Assembly: GCA_963664875.1 (NCBI GenBank) | Contig: OY761611.1 | Location: forward strand, 1,984,001 to 2,048,000 | Source: Candidatus Kapaibacterium sp. | GTDB lineage: Bacteria > Bacteroidota > Ignavibacteria > Kapaibacteriales > UBA2268 | Direction: 5' to 3' | DNA length: 64,000 nt | Part shown: one piece after another, positions 39,309 to 48,875 of the stretch | How positions within the stretch are numbered: the stretch's first letter is position 1 | Layout of the letters: the number at the start of each line of letters is the position of its first letter | Notes under the pieces: model-generated | The model's input: the letters and a program-made list of their open reading frames with translations, nothing else | Database searches by the model: none | What the model was told of the DNA's origin: nothing | Position numbers and translations under genes: made by a program

Positions 39309-40952
39309 ATGATTTTTAAAACTCCTTTTTTTATAGCGGCTATGGTTTTTCTAATGATAGCTTCTACGATTACAAGAGCTGTATCTTGGTACCCAAATCG
39401 AAATATAAATTCATCAAACTGGGCTTATGCGAACAGCCAAGAAGCAGATTTTGATGGAGATGGAGATGTTGATATTTTGGTTAATGGAAGGAAGGGATCG
39501 ACCGGCACACCTTTTTCAACTGTTCTATACGTGAATGATGGAACCGGAAACTTTACAGAAACTTCAATCCCATCTTTTTCTATATACCAATTTAAAGAGA
39601 TCCACATTTTAGATATTGATTCAGATGGTGATATCGATCTTCTGCTCCCATTTTACAATACTACGCTTTCTCGTATTCAGTTTGGCTTGTTCTTAAACAA
39701 CGGAAATGGTCTATCATATACTCAAACACAAGCTATCGACTATATTAATAGGATTGAAGTCGGTGATATTGATGGAGATGGCGATATTGATATTGTAGGT
39801 ATCAATAGCGATACAAAACAAATTGTCAAATTGGTAAATAATGGTGCAAATGCCTTTAGTTCTACTGATATTGAACTTTTAGGTGATGATGTGAATCCGG
39901 TAACAAATCCCGCCCTAATATCAGCTACTTACTACGACATAGAGCTTTTTGATATTAACAATGACGGTGATCTTGACATAGTCTCTGCATATACAAATGC
40001 AGTTGGGCTTCCATCTCAAGCTGGTGTATTACAAGTGTTTGAGAATAATGGCTCAGGTTCATTTACTGAACTATCTAAGATCATAGACACAGAAGCCGCA
40101 TCGGCTAATTTCAAACCAGGGACAGGAATAATGATAGTACCTGCTCATATCAATGGAGATAATTTTAAGGATTTCTTGATATCCGCCCAAGGTGCTCTTT
40201 ATAGTTTTACCAATAATCAAGCTTCAGGTTTTACATCCTCAGGTAGTTCTATTGCCTCGAGTGAGTCTAATAGTTACAATCCTAATTCATACAGAATCGC
40301 TGATTTAGACGATGATGGAGATGATGACATAATAATTTGGGGTGCAGGTACTACCGGCACTGTTATCTTAGGAAGAAACGGAGGCAATTTTAGTTATTCA
40401 TTTGCAACATTCAACAGCGGTAATAAAATTAATGGGCAACCTACAAGTACTTTCCAGGTATGGGCAAGTGGCTCAATTAATGTTGCTGATTTTGACGGAG
40501 ATGGCGAAATAGATATGCATGTGTTTAGTTTATATGATAACAGTGGACCGGGGCTTTATGGTTCAGCATGTCCAACAAACGTTTCCATCTCCGCAGTATC
40601 CAAAATATCAGATACTGAATACGAGATAAGTGCCACTCCCGATGACGGTGCTTGTTCTACGATTTTAGCGAAGGGTATAGTATGGGGAACATCAACAAAT
40701 CCAACTCTCGCATCAAATTCGGGTTCAGTTGCTGCAGGTTCCGGTTCAGCATCATATAGTGCGAACGCTATAAATGTTACAGTAGGTCCGGGCTATTACG
40801 TGAGAGCTTATGTTACTACTTCTATTGGGACATATTATTCTGAGCAGGTTCACTTTGGTGTAGTTCCTACATTGCCTGAATGGGGTCTGATAATCCTCGC
40901 AGGCGGATTTTTAGTAACAGGCGGATGGTTTATGTTTAGAAAGTTTATGTAG
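39309..40952 (+). CDS. FG-GAP/VCBS-repeat surface protein with IPTL-CTERM anchor
   Basis: Signal peptide; repeated D(F/I)DGDGDxD; C-terminal VPTLPEWG + TM + RK. Confidence 0.85.
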   Translation: MIFKTPFFIAAMVFLMIASTITRAVSWYPNRNINSSNWAYANSQEADFDGDGDVDILVNGRKGSTGTPFSTVLYVNDGTGNFTETSIPSFSIYQFKEIHILDIDSDGDIDLLLPFYNTTLSRIQFGLFLNNGNGLSYTQTQAIDYINRIEVGDIDGDGDIDIVGINSDTKQIVKLVNNGANAFSSTDIELLGDDVNPVTNPALISATYYDIELFDINNDGDLDIVSAYTNAVGLPSQAGVLQVFENNGSGSFTELSKIIDTEAASANFKPGTGIMIVPAHINGDNFKDFLISAQGALYSFTNNQASGFTSSGSSIASSESNSYNPNSYRIADLDDDGDDDIIIWGAGTTGTVILGRNGGNFSYSFATFNSGNKINGQPTSTFQVWASGSINVADFDGDGEIDMHVFSLYDNSGPGLYGSACPTNVSISAVSKISDTEYEISATPDDGACSTILAKGIVWGTSTNPTLASNSGSVAAGSGSASYSANAINVTVGPGYYVRAYVTTSIGTYYSEQVHFGVVPTLPEWGLIILAGGFLVTGGWFMFRKFM

Positions 40953-40985
40953 ATTTTAAAAGTTTGAGAATTATTGATTATTGAG

Positions 40986-41019
40986 ATACCGCAGGCATTT
41001 TTGCTTGCGGTATTTTTTT
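40986..41019 (+). terminator. Intrinsic terminator inside repeat A
   Basis: ataccgcaggca-tttt-tgcttgcggtat followed by a T run. Confidence 0.8.
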
Positions 41020-41058
41020 TATTGCTTCTAAATAGTTGTAATATAACTATTTACCCTC

Positions 41059-41080
41059 ATAGGTGAAATATGTGAGATAA
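41059..41080 (+). promoter_or_regulatory. Operator-like motif, copy 2
   Basis: Identical 22-mer. Confidence 0.75.
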
Positions 41081-41142
41081 GATTTTTCTGGTATATCGTT
41101 AGATTTAGCATGGGTTAATCTATACATATACAAGGTTGAGTT

Positions 41143-43038
41143 ATGAAAAAGTATATCATGTTGACTTTAATCATCTTATTCATCAACAGTTCTTTGTTGT
41201 TTTCTCAAGGATTTTCAGTTACTCCAGTATTCTTTGCCTGGGATTCTATTCACGATGAAGCTCCTATAAGCATTGTGTCGGGAGATGATGGAAACGCCGA
41301 TTTAGCTCCTCCATTTACATTTCAATATTTTGGAGAAAATGTTACAAATATTAATGTAACAACAAATGGCTATATCACTTTAACGACAGCCTCGGGAACA
41401 AGGGACCTAAATATTTGTCGTGCAGATTTAGAAGCTTTCGATTTTGCTGTAAGATATGTAGTTAGAGGTGTTAGCCCAAATAGAGTTTTAGTGATAGAGC
41501 ACACAGATTTAGACTATTTTAATAATATCAGCACTACAATGGATTTACAATGGATTTTTTACGAAAACAGTACAATCTTTACATTTGTATATAACCAAGT
41601 TGATTTTGTCAACAATAGTAATCTATCTATACAAAACGGAGTAGGTTCCACCTATTATCTAACTCCTACTTCGGGATGGGGACAACCGACTATTACAGAT
41701 TTCAATATTTTTGGACTAAATTCAACAACTGAATCTTATTTTTATGATGGTTGTGCATATACTTTTACACCAAGCTTAACCGTATCTGCAACAACGGTAG
41801 CTTCTGCAATAACCACCAATAGTGCTTCTTCAGGCGGCAATATATCTAATGGTGGGCTAACCCCTGTAACTGCTCGTGGTGTATGTTGGAACACTAGCGG
41901 AACTCCAACTACCGCTGACAGTAAAACTTTAGATGGCACTGGTACGGGGGTCTTTACAAGTATTCTATCTGGTCTTTCTTCAAATACCCAATATTTTGTC
42001 AGAGCTTATGGTACAAATACGGAAAGTACTGAGTATGGCCCTCAAATATCTTTTTATTCTTTAGCTAATGTTCCTACTGCCCCCACTGTAGATAATGCAA
42101 CTTCTACAACAGTAGATGTTGATGTAAATACTAATTCCAATCCTGCTATAACCACTTATGCTATCCAAGAGACATCCACAGGCAATTATCTGCAATCAAA
42201 TGGAACTCTCTCAGGCGTGGCAGTATGGCAAACAGATGCAATATGGGCTACCAAAACTGTTACCGGACTTTCGCAAGGGACTACATACACATTCCAGGTT
42301 AAAGCAAGAAACGGTAATAATACAGAAACTGTATTTGGAGCTACGAGTTCTATTATGACTTTGGGCGAGCCAATTCTTGACGCCACAACGGCAGCAAGTT
42401 CTATCTCAGAAGGCTCAGCAGTAAGTGGCGGTAATATAAGCAATGACTACGGATTAGGAGTAACTTCCCGAGGCGTCTGCTGGAATACAGGAGGTAATCC
42501 TACCACTGCTGATTCTAAAACTACAGATGGTACCGGAACAGGTGTTTTTATAAGTAATATTACAGGACTACAACCTAACACTACTTACTATGTTAGGGCT
42601 TATGCTACAAGTTCAGGCGGAACCGGGTACGGTGCGCAAATAAGCTTTACTACATTAGCCCTTTCTGTATCAATTACTAATGTGCTTAAAGTTAGTGATA
42701 CACAATATACTTTTACGAGCGACCTAACTAATCCAAATACGATAACAATTTTAGACAAAGGAATCGTTTGGAGTACCTCTCAAAATCCGACAACTACCTC
42801 AAATAGCGGTTCGGTATCTTCGGGAGCAGGGAGTGTACAGTTTACTGACGACGCGACCGGTTTATTGGTCGGACCTGGTTACTATGTTCGTGCTTACATC
42901 ACAACAGCAAACGGAACATTCTATTCTGAGCAGGTTCACTTTGGTGTAGTTCCTACATTGCCTGAATGGGGTTTGATAATCCTTGCCGGCGGATTTTTGG
43001 TAACAGGTGGATGGTTTATGTTTAGAAAGTTTATGTAG
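41143..43038 (+). CDS. Surface protein: nidogen-like domain, FN3-like stalk repeats, IPTL-CTERM anchor
   Basis: Signal peptide; PFTFQYFG...TTNGYITL; duplicated SGGNIS...RGVCW...YxVRAY domain; VPTLPEWG tail. Confidence 0.85.
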   Translation: MKKYIMLTLIILFINSSLLFSQGFSVTPVFFAWDSIHDEAPISIVSGDDGNADLAPPFTFQYFGENVTNINVTTNGYITLTTASGTRDLNICRADLEAFDFAVRYVVRGVSPNRVLVIEHTDLDYFNNISTTMDLQWIFYENSTIFTFVYNQVDFVNNSNLSIQNGVGSTYYLTPTSGWGQPTITDFNIFGLNSTTESYFYDGCAYTFTPSLTVSATTVASAITTNSASSGGNISNGGLTPVTARGVCWNTSGTPTTADSKTLDGTGTGVFTSILSGLSSNTQYFVRAYGTNTESTEYGPQISFYSLANVPTAPTVDNATSTTVDVDVNTNSNPAITTYAIQETSTGNYLQSNGTLSGVAVWQTDAIWATKTVTGLSQGTTYTFQVKARNGNNTETVFGATSSIMTLGEPILDATTAASSISEGSAVSGGNISNDYGLGVTSRGVCWNTGGNPTTADSKTTDGTGTGVFISNITGLQPNTTYYVRAYATSSGGTGYGAQISFTTLALSVSITNVLKVSDTQYTFTSDLTNPNTITILDKGIVWSTSQNPTTTSNSGSVSSGAGSVQFTDDATGLLVGPGYYVRAYITTANGTFYSEQVHFGVVPTLPEWGLIILAGGFLVTGGWFMFRKFM

Positions 43039-43170
43039 ATTTTAAAAGTTTGAGAATTATTGATTATTGAGATACCGCCGGCATTTTTGCTTGCGGTATT
43101 TTTTGTTGCTTCTAAATAGTTGTAATATAATAGCTTACCAATATAGGTGAAATATGTGAGATAAGATTTT
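42922..43170 (+). repeat. ~250-bp direct repeat, copy B (includes terminator 43072-43104 and operator)
   Basis: Near-identical to 40836-41087. Confidence 0.9.
43143..43164 (+). promoter_or_regulatory. Operator-like motif, copy 3
   Basis: Identical 22-mer. Confidence 0.75.
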
Positions 43171-43231
43171 CCCAAAAAATTCGTTGATTAAGAAAGTGTT
43201 CAACTAAACAGCACAATTAAGGTGTATCAAA

Positions 43232-45226
43232 ATGAAACTTTATTTTCTACTTTTTACTCTATTTTTTCTAAGTTTGACTTCGACTCTTCAGTCACAATCT
43301 TGGGATCAACTAATCAAAATTTGTGCCTCAGACAGAGCTGCAAATGCAAGTTTTGGGACTTCGGTTTCAATCGACGGAGATTATGCTATCGTGGGTGTTC
43401 AAGGAGAGGATAGTGGAGGAAATGATGCAGGAGCTGCATACATTTTTAAGAAAAATGCAGGCACATGGACACAAATAAAAAAAATTGTAGCCTCTGATCC
43501 AACTGCTGCAGACAATTTTGGTCGTTCAGTATCTATTTCCGGTGATTATGCAATAGTGGGAGCTCCCTCCAATCAGTTTGATCCAGGAGGCAACAATCCA
43601 CTTAGTAATGCAGGTAGTGCATATATATTTTATAAAGATCAAGGCGGAGTAGATAATTGGGGACAAATTCAAAAAATTGTGGCACTTGACAGAGCACAAG
43701 GCGACAGTTTTGGTTCATCTGTGTCAATTTCAGGAAATTATTTAATTGTGGGTGCATACGCAGAAAGTCATGACGAAGCAGGTAGTAATTTCTTACATGC
43801 TGCCGGCAGTGCATATATTTTCTATAAAACCGGTGTAACCACCTGGGACTCGGGCATTAAAATTGTTGCTTCGGATAGAGTAGCCGATGCGTATTTTGGG
43901 AATTCAGTATCAATATACGGAGATTATGCCATTGTAGGAGCACCTTATGAAGACAAAGACGCAGCCGGCTTAAACAGCGTAAGTCGAGCTGGTGGGGCTT
44001 ACATTTTTTACAGAACCGGTACCAATTCGTGGACATCTCGATATAAAATTGTTGCAACGGACAGAGAGAGTGATGATAATTTTGGTATATCTGTTTCTAT
44101 TTCCGGAAATTATGCTATTGTTGGTGCTCCCGGGGAAGATCCAAGTGCAATCCAAAATGCAGGTAGTGCATACATATTTTATAGAACAGCTACTAATACA
44201 TGGGATTCCGGCACCAAGATTGTAGCACCTGATGCAGGAGGCAGCGATTTGTTTGGCCAAGCAGTAGCAATTTCGGGAAATTTTGCTGCTATCGGAGTCA
44301 GTTATGAAGACGAAAATCTTTTAGGTGGAAATACTTTAAACAATGCCGGAAGCGCATATATTTTCAAAAGGACAGGGACAACAACCTGGGATTCCGGTAC
44401 AAAAGCAATTACTACCGACAGAGCTTCCAATGATTGGTTTGGATACTCAGTGTCGATTTCCGGAAGCAATGTTATTTTAACTGCCCCTTATGATTCTGAA
44501 GATGCTTTAGGTGCCAATACTTTGTCAAGTTCAGGAAGTGCCTACATTTTTGGAGGATCTCCTTTAGTCTCTACTGTTTCAATAAGTAACATTACAAGCT
44601 CAACTGCAAGTTCTGGTGGAAATGTATCCGACGAAGGTTCTGCTGCTGTAATTGCTCGTGGCGTCTGCTTGAATACAGGAGGCAATCCTACTACCGCCGA
44701 TAGTAAAACTACAGATGGAATCGGTACAGGAGTGTTTTCCAGCAACATTACAGGACTTCAGCCCAACACTACTTACTATGTTAGAGCTTATGCCACAAAT
44801 AGTGTAGGGACATCTTACGGCGATCAAATAAGCTTTACTACTTTAGCTCTTTCAGTTTCAATTACTAATGTACTTAAAGTTAGTGATACACAATATACTT
44901 TTACGAGTGATATAAATAATCCCGGTGCAGTAGCAGTCCTCGACAAAGGTATCGTTTGGAGTACCTCTCAAAATCCGACAACTACCTCAAATAGCGGTTC
45001 GCTATCTTCGGGAGCAGGGAGTGTGCAGTTTACTGAAGACGCAACAGGGTTAATCATCGGGCCTGGTTACTATGTTCGTGCTTACATCACCACTCCAAAC
45101 GGAACATTCTATTCTGAGCAGGTTCACTTTGGTGTAGTTCCTACATTGCCTGAATGGGGGCTTATAATCCTTGCCGGCGGATTTTTAGTTACAGGAGGCT
45201 GGTTAATGTTTAGAAAGTTTATGTAG
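43232..45226 (+). CDS. FG-GAP (integrin-alpha-like) beta-propeller surface protein with FN3-like stalk and IPTL-CTERM anchor
   Basis: Seven FGxSVSISGxYAIVGAP...AGSAYIF-type repeats; VPTLPEWG tail. Confidence 0.9.
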   Translation: MKLYFLLFTLFFLSLTSTLQSQSWDQLIKICASDRAANASFGTSVSIDGDYAIVGVQGEDSGGNDAGAAYIFKKNAGTWTQIKKIVASDPTAADNFGRSVSISGDYAIVGAPSNQFDPGGNNPLSNAGSAYIFYKDQGGVDNWGQIQKIVALDRAQGDSFGSSVSISGNYLIVGAYAESHDEAGSNFLHAAGSAYIFYKTGVTTWDSGIKIVASDRVADAYFGNSVSIYGDYAIVGAPYEDKDAAGLNSVSRAGGAYIFYRTGTNSWTSRYKIVATDRESDDNFGISVSISGNYAIVGAPGEDPSAIQNAGSAYIFYRTATNTWDSGTKIVAPDAGGSDLFGQAVAISGNFAAIGVSYEDENLLGGNTLNNAGSAYIFKRTGTTTWDSGTKAITTDRASNDWFGYSVSISGSNVILTAPYDSEDALGANTLSSSGSAYIFGGSPLVSTVSISNITSSTASSGGNVSDEGSAAVIARGVCLNTGGNPTTADSKTTDGIGTGVFSSNITGLQPNTTYYVRAYATNSVGTSYGDQISFTTLALSVSITNVLKVSDTQYTFTSDINNPGAVAVLDKGIVWSTSQNPTTTSNSGSLSSGAGSVQFTEDATGLIIGPGYYVRAYITTPNGTFYSEQVHFGVVPTLPEWGLIILAGGFLVTGGWLMFRKFM

Positions 45227-45256
45227 TTAGAGCCAATTGCATTCACTAAATAATAC

Positions 45257-45299
45257 AAATCCGCAATATACTTTTTATTAGTAACATTGCGGATTTTTT
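45257..45299. terminator. Terminator between convergent genes
   Basis: aaatccgcaat...attgcggattt + T run. Confidence 0.7.
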
Positions 45300-45326
45300 A
45301 TATAGAAAAGAAATCGCTTACTCTTC

Positions 45327-46895
45327 CTATTCTTTACTGCCTTTGTCTTTTTTGAAATGGCTGAGAATGTCAACTCCGGTTGCATTTTCAAGCATTTCTG
45401 AAAGAGATACTACTGAGCCGGGCAACTGATTGACAAGTTTTTGAATTTGATTGCCGCTGCTGTCGCCGCCGTTGTCAACCATTGTGATTTTGTCAATAGT
45501 AATACCCTGAATAGTTGAAGTAAGTTTTTCAATGATTTCAGGCAACATTTTAAGCATGAGGATTTTATCCCCGCTACCGTCTGCTGTCTGATATGTTTCA
45601 ATCATACGTTTTAAGACTTCAATTTCAGCATTTCCGCTTTCGATGATTGAAGCAGCCTGACCTTTAGCATCAAGTTCTGCAGCTTCTTTACGAGCTTTTG
45701 CAGGTTCGATAACGTCAGCCATCAATCTTCTTTGTTGCAATTCGATTCTTTCTTTTTCGAGCTCTTGTTCGAATTTGGCTTTCGCCCTTTCGCCGGCAAC
45801 TCTTGCTTCCTGCTCGCGAACTATTGCTTCTTTTTCGAGTTCAGCTTTTTTCAATCTTAAATTGTTATTTTCAATTTCTACATTTTGATCTGCGAGTGCT
45901 CGATTTACTTTGATAATCTTATCCGCTTCGATCTGAGCAGATTCGATATTGCGTTTAGCTTCTGCCTGAGCCTGCTCGTAGCGAGCTTTTGCCTGAGCTT
46001 CGGCTTCGCGTGCTTCAGCTTCTTTCAATGCTTTGGAAATAAGCACATTCTGCTCAGCTTCCACTTTTGCCTTTTCGGCTCTTTCTTTTGCTCTTGCCTC
46101 TGCCTCCTGAGTGGCAGCTGCTTTGTTGGCTTCAGAGATAGCAATTTGCTGGTCAGTTTCGATTCTCGCCTGTTCTATATTTTGGCGGGCAAGTGCTTTT
46201 GCTTTTTCAGCTCTTTCGAGAGCGGTAGCTTCTGCTTCCTGAGCTTCAGCATTTTTTTCAGCTTCAGCCTTTTTAGCTCTTGCAATAACTTCAGCAGTCT
46301 TGCCACGGCCAATAGAATTTAGATAGCCGGATTCGTCGCTAATATTAGTAATTTTTAGAGTATCGAGCTGAAGACCGAGTTTTTGCAAATCTATATCTGC
46401 TTCTTCCATCAGCGTATCAGCAAATTTCAATCTGTCTTCGTTTACCTCTTCAGGTGTAAGAGCTGCCAATACACCACGCAAGTTACCTTCAAGAGTTTCT
46501 TTTGCTATAGCGTGGATATCTGATTCGCTCATTGTCAAAAATCTTTCAACTGCATTGCCAAATTCAGGCTCTTTAGAGCAGATTTTAGTATTGGCAATAG
46601 CATCAATTATTAGAGGGATACCGCCTTTTGAATATGCATTGCTGACAGAAAGCTCGATTGGAATAGTTTCCAAGGACATACGAGATGCTTTTTCCAAAAA
46701 CGGAATACGTAAAGCTCTGCCACCTTTGATAATTCGGTATCCAACTAAGCTGCCGTCCGGCAAAGTCCTTTTCCTACCGGACAAGATTATCACCTCGTTG
46801 GGCTGAGAAATTAAGAGCAACCTACTGATCGCAAAAAATACAACTACAAGTGCAAATGCACCTAGTGCAACTATGGTAAGAACAAACTCACCCAT
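45327..46895 (-). CDS. Flotillin / SPFH-domain protein
   Basis: N-terminal TM, PNEVIILSG, ETLEGNLRGVLA.LTPEEVNEDR, long AEA-rich coiled coil. Confidence 0.92.
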   Translation of the reverse strand: MGEFVLTIVALGAFALVVVFFAISRLLLISQPNEVIILSGRKRTLPDGSLVGYRIIKGGRALRIPFLEKASRMSLETIPIELSVSNAYSKGGIPLIIDAIANTKICSKEPEFGNAVERFLTMSESDIHAIAKETLEGNLRGVLAALTPEEVNEDRLKFADTLMEEADIDLQKLGLQLDTLKITNISDESGYLNSIGRGKTAEVIARAKKAEAEKNAEAQEAEATALERAEKAKALARQNIEQARIETDQQIAISEANKAAATQEAEARAKERAEKAKVEAEQNVLISKALKEAEAREAEAQAKARYEQAQAEAKRNIESAQIEADKIIKVNRALADQNVEIENNNLRLKKAELEKEAIVREQEARVAGERAKAKFEQELEKERIELQQRRLMADVIEPAKARKEAAELDAKGQAASIIESGNAEIEVLKRMIETYQTADGSGDKILMLKMLPEIIEKLTSTIQGITIDKITMVDNGGDSSGNQIQKLVNQLPGSVVSLSEMLENATGVDILSHFKKDKGSKE

Positions 46896-46906
46896 TGATA
46901 AATCTC

Positions 46907-47548
46907 CTAAATTTGTTGTTGACTGACTATGAAATAAATACCGTTGCTATAATCGATTATAAAAACTTCCTCTCCCCTGTCATATGAGTCTGATTCGGAA
47001 GTATCAGATACTTTTACCATGAGTTCATGGATTTCGTTATTTGATTTGACAATAATTTTCCCAATTTTGTCTTTCTTTGCAGGTATGGTTACTTTGCCGC
47101 TTCTGCCGATAAAATTGCTGCTATTCAGGGCTTCGCCACTCTCAGAATCTTTGAGATAGCTCATCAGCTTGTGCCCCGCAGCCCAGGACAAAGTTCCAAT
47201 CCCTAAGGCAGATGCTAATGTTACTATGAAAGGCATAGCCATCAAAGTCAAAATAGTACCTGTAAGTCCATAAAAAGTTGAGAAGTAAATCACATTCCTG
47301 AAACTAAGAAATTTCACGGCATCAGTCGGATGAATTATATCTTTCGATATTTCTGAATGGGACATATCAATATGATCCACAGAAGCATCTGCAGTCAAAT
47401 CAAAATCCGAGTGTGTGTCTAAAGAATGTAAGTCTGCGTGGCCGCTGTCCAAAGCGTCCGTTCCGTCGATATCTCCGCCTCCGGAAAGCAAAGATACTCC
47501 CAGCAAAATGCCCCCAAAAAGAAGACAAGCCAGATAAAAGATAAGCAT
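46907..47548 (-). CDS. NfeD-like / YqiJ-like flotillin partner
   Basis: TM, Asp/His-rich loop, two more TMs, C-terminal OB-fold (IGRSGKVTIP); directly upstream of flotillin. Confidence 0.8.
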   Translation of the reverse strand: MLIFYLACLLFGGILLGVSLLSGGGDIDGTDALDSGHADLHSLDTHSDFDLTADASVDHIDMSHSEISKDIIHPTDAVKFLSFRNVIYFSTFYGLTGTILTLMAMPFIVTLASALGIGTLSWAAGHKLMSYLKDSESGEALNSSNFIGRSGKVTIPAKKDKIGKIIVKSNNEIHELMVKVSDTSESDSYDRGEEVFIIDYSNGIYFIVSQQQI

Positions 47549-47807
47549 AATTACTCCTGTTCAGTTGGAGTCAATAGTAAAGTGTAGTTTTTTTGATATG
47601 CCTCAAGATAATATAAATCGTTTTAATAATTGATAGTTTTTTCAGAAATATATCTACTTGAATAATAATACGCCACCCGAAATAAAAGGTTGCGAAAAAT
47701 CGACGCCAAAATATTTTTATCCCGTGTAGAATCTTACATCATATTAAAATTTATTTTTCTATATTTGTATATTGTATATTTAAACACCAAAATATAAGAG
47801 GTAAATA

Positions 47808-48476
47808 ATGTTTAATAACTTCGCAAAATTGAAATCTTTGCTTTTAATTGCATGCCTAAGTGTAATTTTTGTAGCTTGTGGAGACGATGATACTGCAACA
47901 AGTCCATCTACTCCTAAAATCACTTTAGATTTACCAACAGACTTGGAAGGCTCTACTTTTTCTGGGGCTGTGCCTATACTTTATAATGAAAAGTATAAGG
48001 ATCTTGATTTAAGCTCAGTTAGTGCTTATCTTGGAAATTTCCATCAGGATAACTACATCGCTCCTGCTAATTTAATCCAAAACGCTTCGGGTAGCTGTTT
48101 AAGCTTTACTTTGCCTGCAAGAATTAGCACTACTAAACGCTTCGTTGCCTATAAAAATCTAAATTATAACAATCTTGATTGCAACCCTGAAAATCTTGGA
48201 AGAACTACATCTAAAGTAAGATTCTTCTCTACTACTAATGGTAAAAAACAATACGAACTTATGATTGGTACTCCTTCAATTACTAATCCTGAAGTTCTTA
48301 CTAAAGAATATCATTTGTACTTCTGGAGCGATTACGGCACAGCTACTGGTACAGAAACTCCGTACAAAGTTAGCTATGCTGTAGATAAAGGATGGAATAT
48401 TACTGAAAAGGACGGTAATAATTTAACTACTGTCGCAGGCTTCCAAGGCGAAGTAATGTTTACTATAATTCCATAA
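47808..48476 (+). CDS. Hypothetical lipoprotein
   Basis: Lipobox FVAC followed by GDDD; TAnnTTTG element at about 47760. Confidence 0.75.
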   Translation: MFNNFAKLKSLLLIACLSVIFVACGDDDTATSPSTPKITLDLPTDLEGSTFSGAVPILYNEKYKDLDLSSVSAYLGNFHQDNYIAPANLIQNASGSCLSFTLPARISTTKRFVAYKNLNYNNLDCNPENLGRTTSKVRFFSTTNGKKQYELMIGTPSITNPEVLTKEYHLYFWSDYGTATGTETPYKVSYAVDKGWNITEKDGNNLTTVAGFQGEVMFTIIP

Positions 48477-48500
48477 GCACAATAAAATTTACATTTTCGG

Positions 48501-48530
48501 GCTAATATCTTCAAGGGTATTAGCTTTTTT
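48501..48530 (+). terminator. Intrinsic terminator
   Basis: gctaatatc...ggtattagc + T run. Confidence 0.6.
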
Positions 48531-48542
48531 TATGTGCATTCT

Positions 48543-48631
48543 TGAGCCTGCACTGCGATACTTTGACAGGCTCAGTACATTGCTCGCTGCTCTCGCTGTT
48601 GTCGAGCGAATAAGGAAGTCGAGATGCAGTG
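48543..48631. repeat. Degenerate REP-like palindromic element
   Basis: tgagcctg...caggctca and cactgc...gcagtg; contains ttgacaggctcagt and gtcgag motifs. Confidence 0.4.
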
Positions 48632-48875
48632 ACCTTGTTTTAAATCAGTAGGAGGCTGTCTTATAAGTCTTTTCTTCGATTTTACAATCTAAATTCAAGT
48701 AATAAATGCAACACTTATTTGAGACGTTATAGAAGAAAAGCATAAATTTTTCAATACAGGAAAGCAGAAAAAATCTGCCTCCCGTGTTTTGATTGCCCCC
48801 TCTCAAAAAACAAGGCTCCTCATTACTGAGAAGCCTTGCTTTTTATTATATCATATAATCGATGTCGAAGTTAAT

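Larger units (their letters stand above)
40836..41087 (+). repeat. ~250-bp direct repeat, copy A (anchor-coding tail, stop, terminator, operator)
   Basis: Near-identical to 42922-43170; coding part also at 45110-45226. Confidence 0.9.

Noticed and set aside
39227-43164. 22-bp repeats as a CRISPR array
   Set aside because: Copies are ~2 kb apart, separated by whole genes, with no cas genes.
39309-45226. Diversity-generating retroelement or invertase shufflon
   Set aside because: No reverse transcriptase or recombinase in the window; repeats are direct, and coding differences are mostly synonymous rather than adenine-specific.
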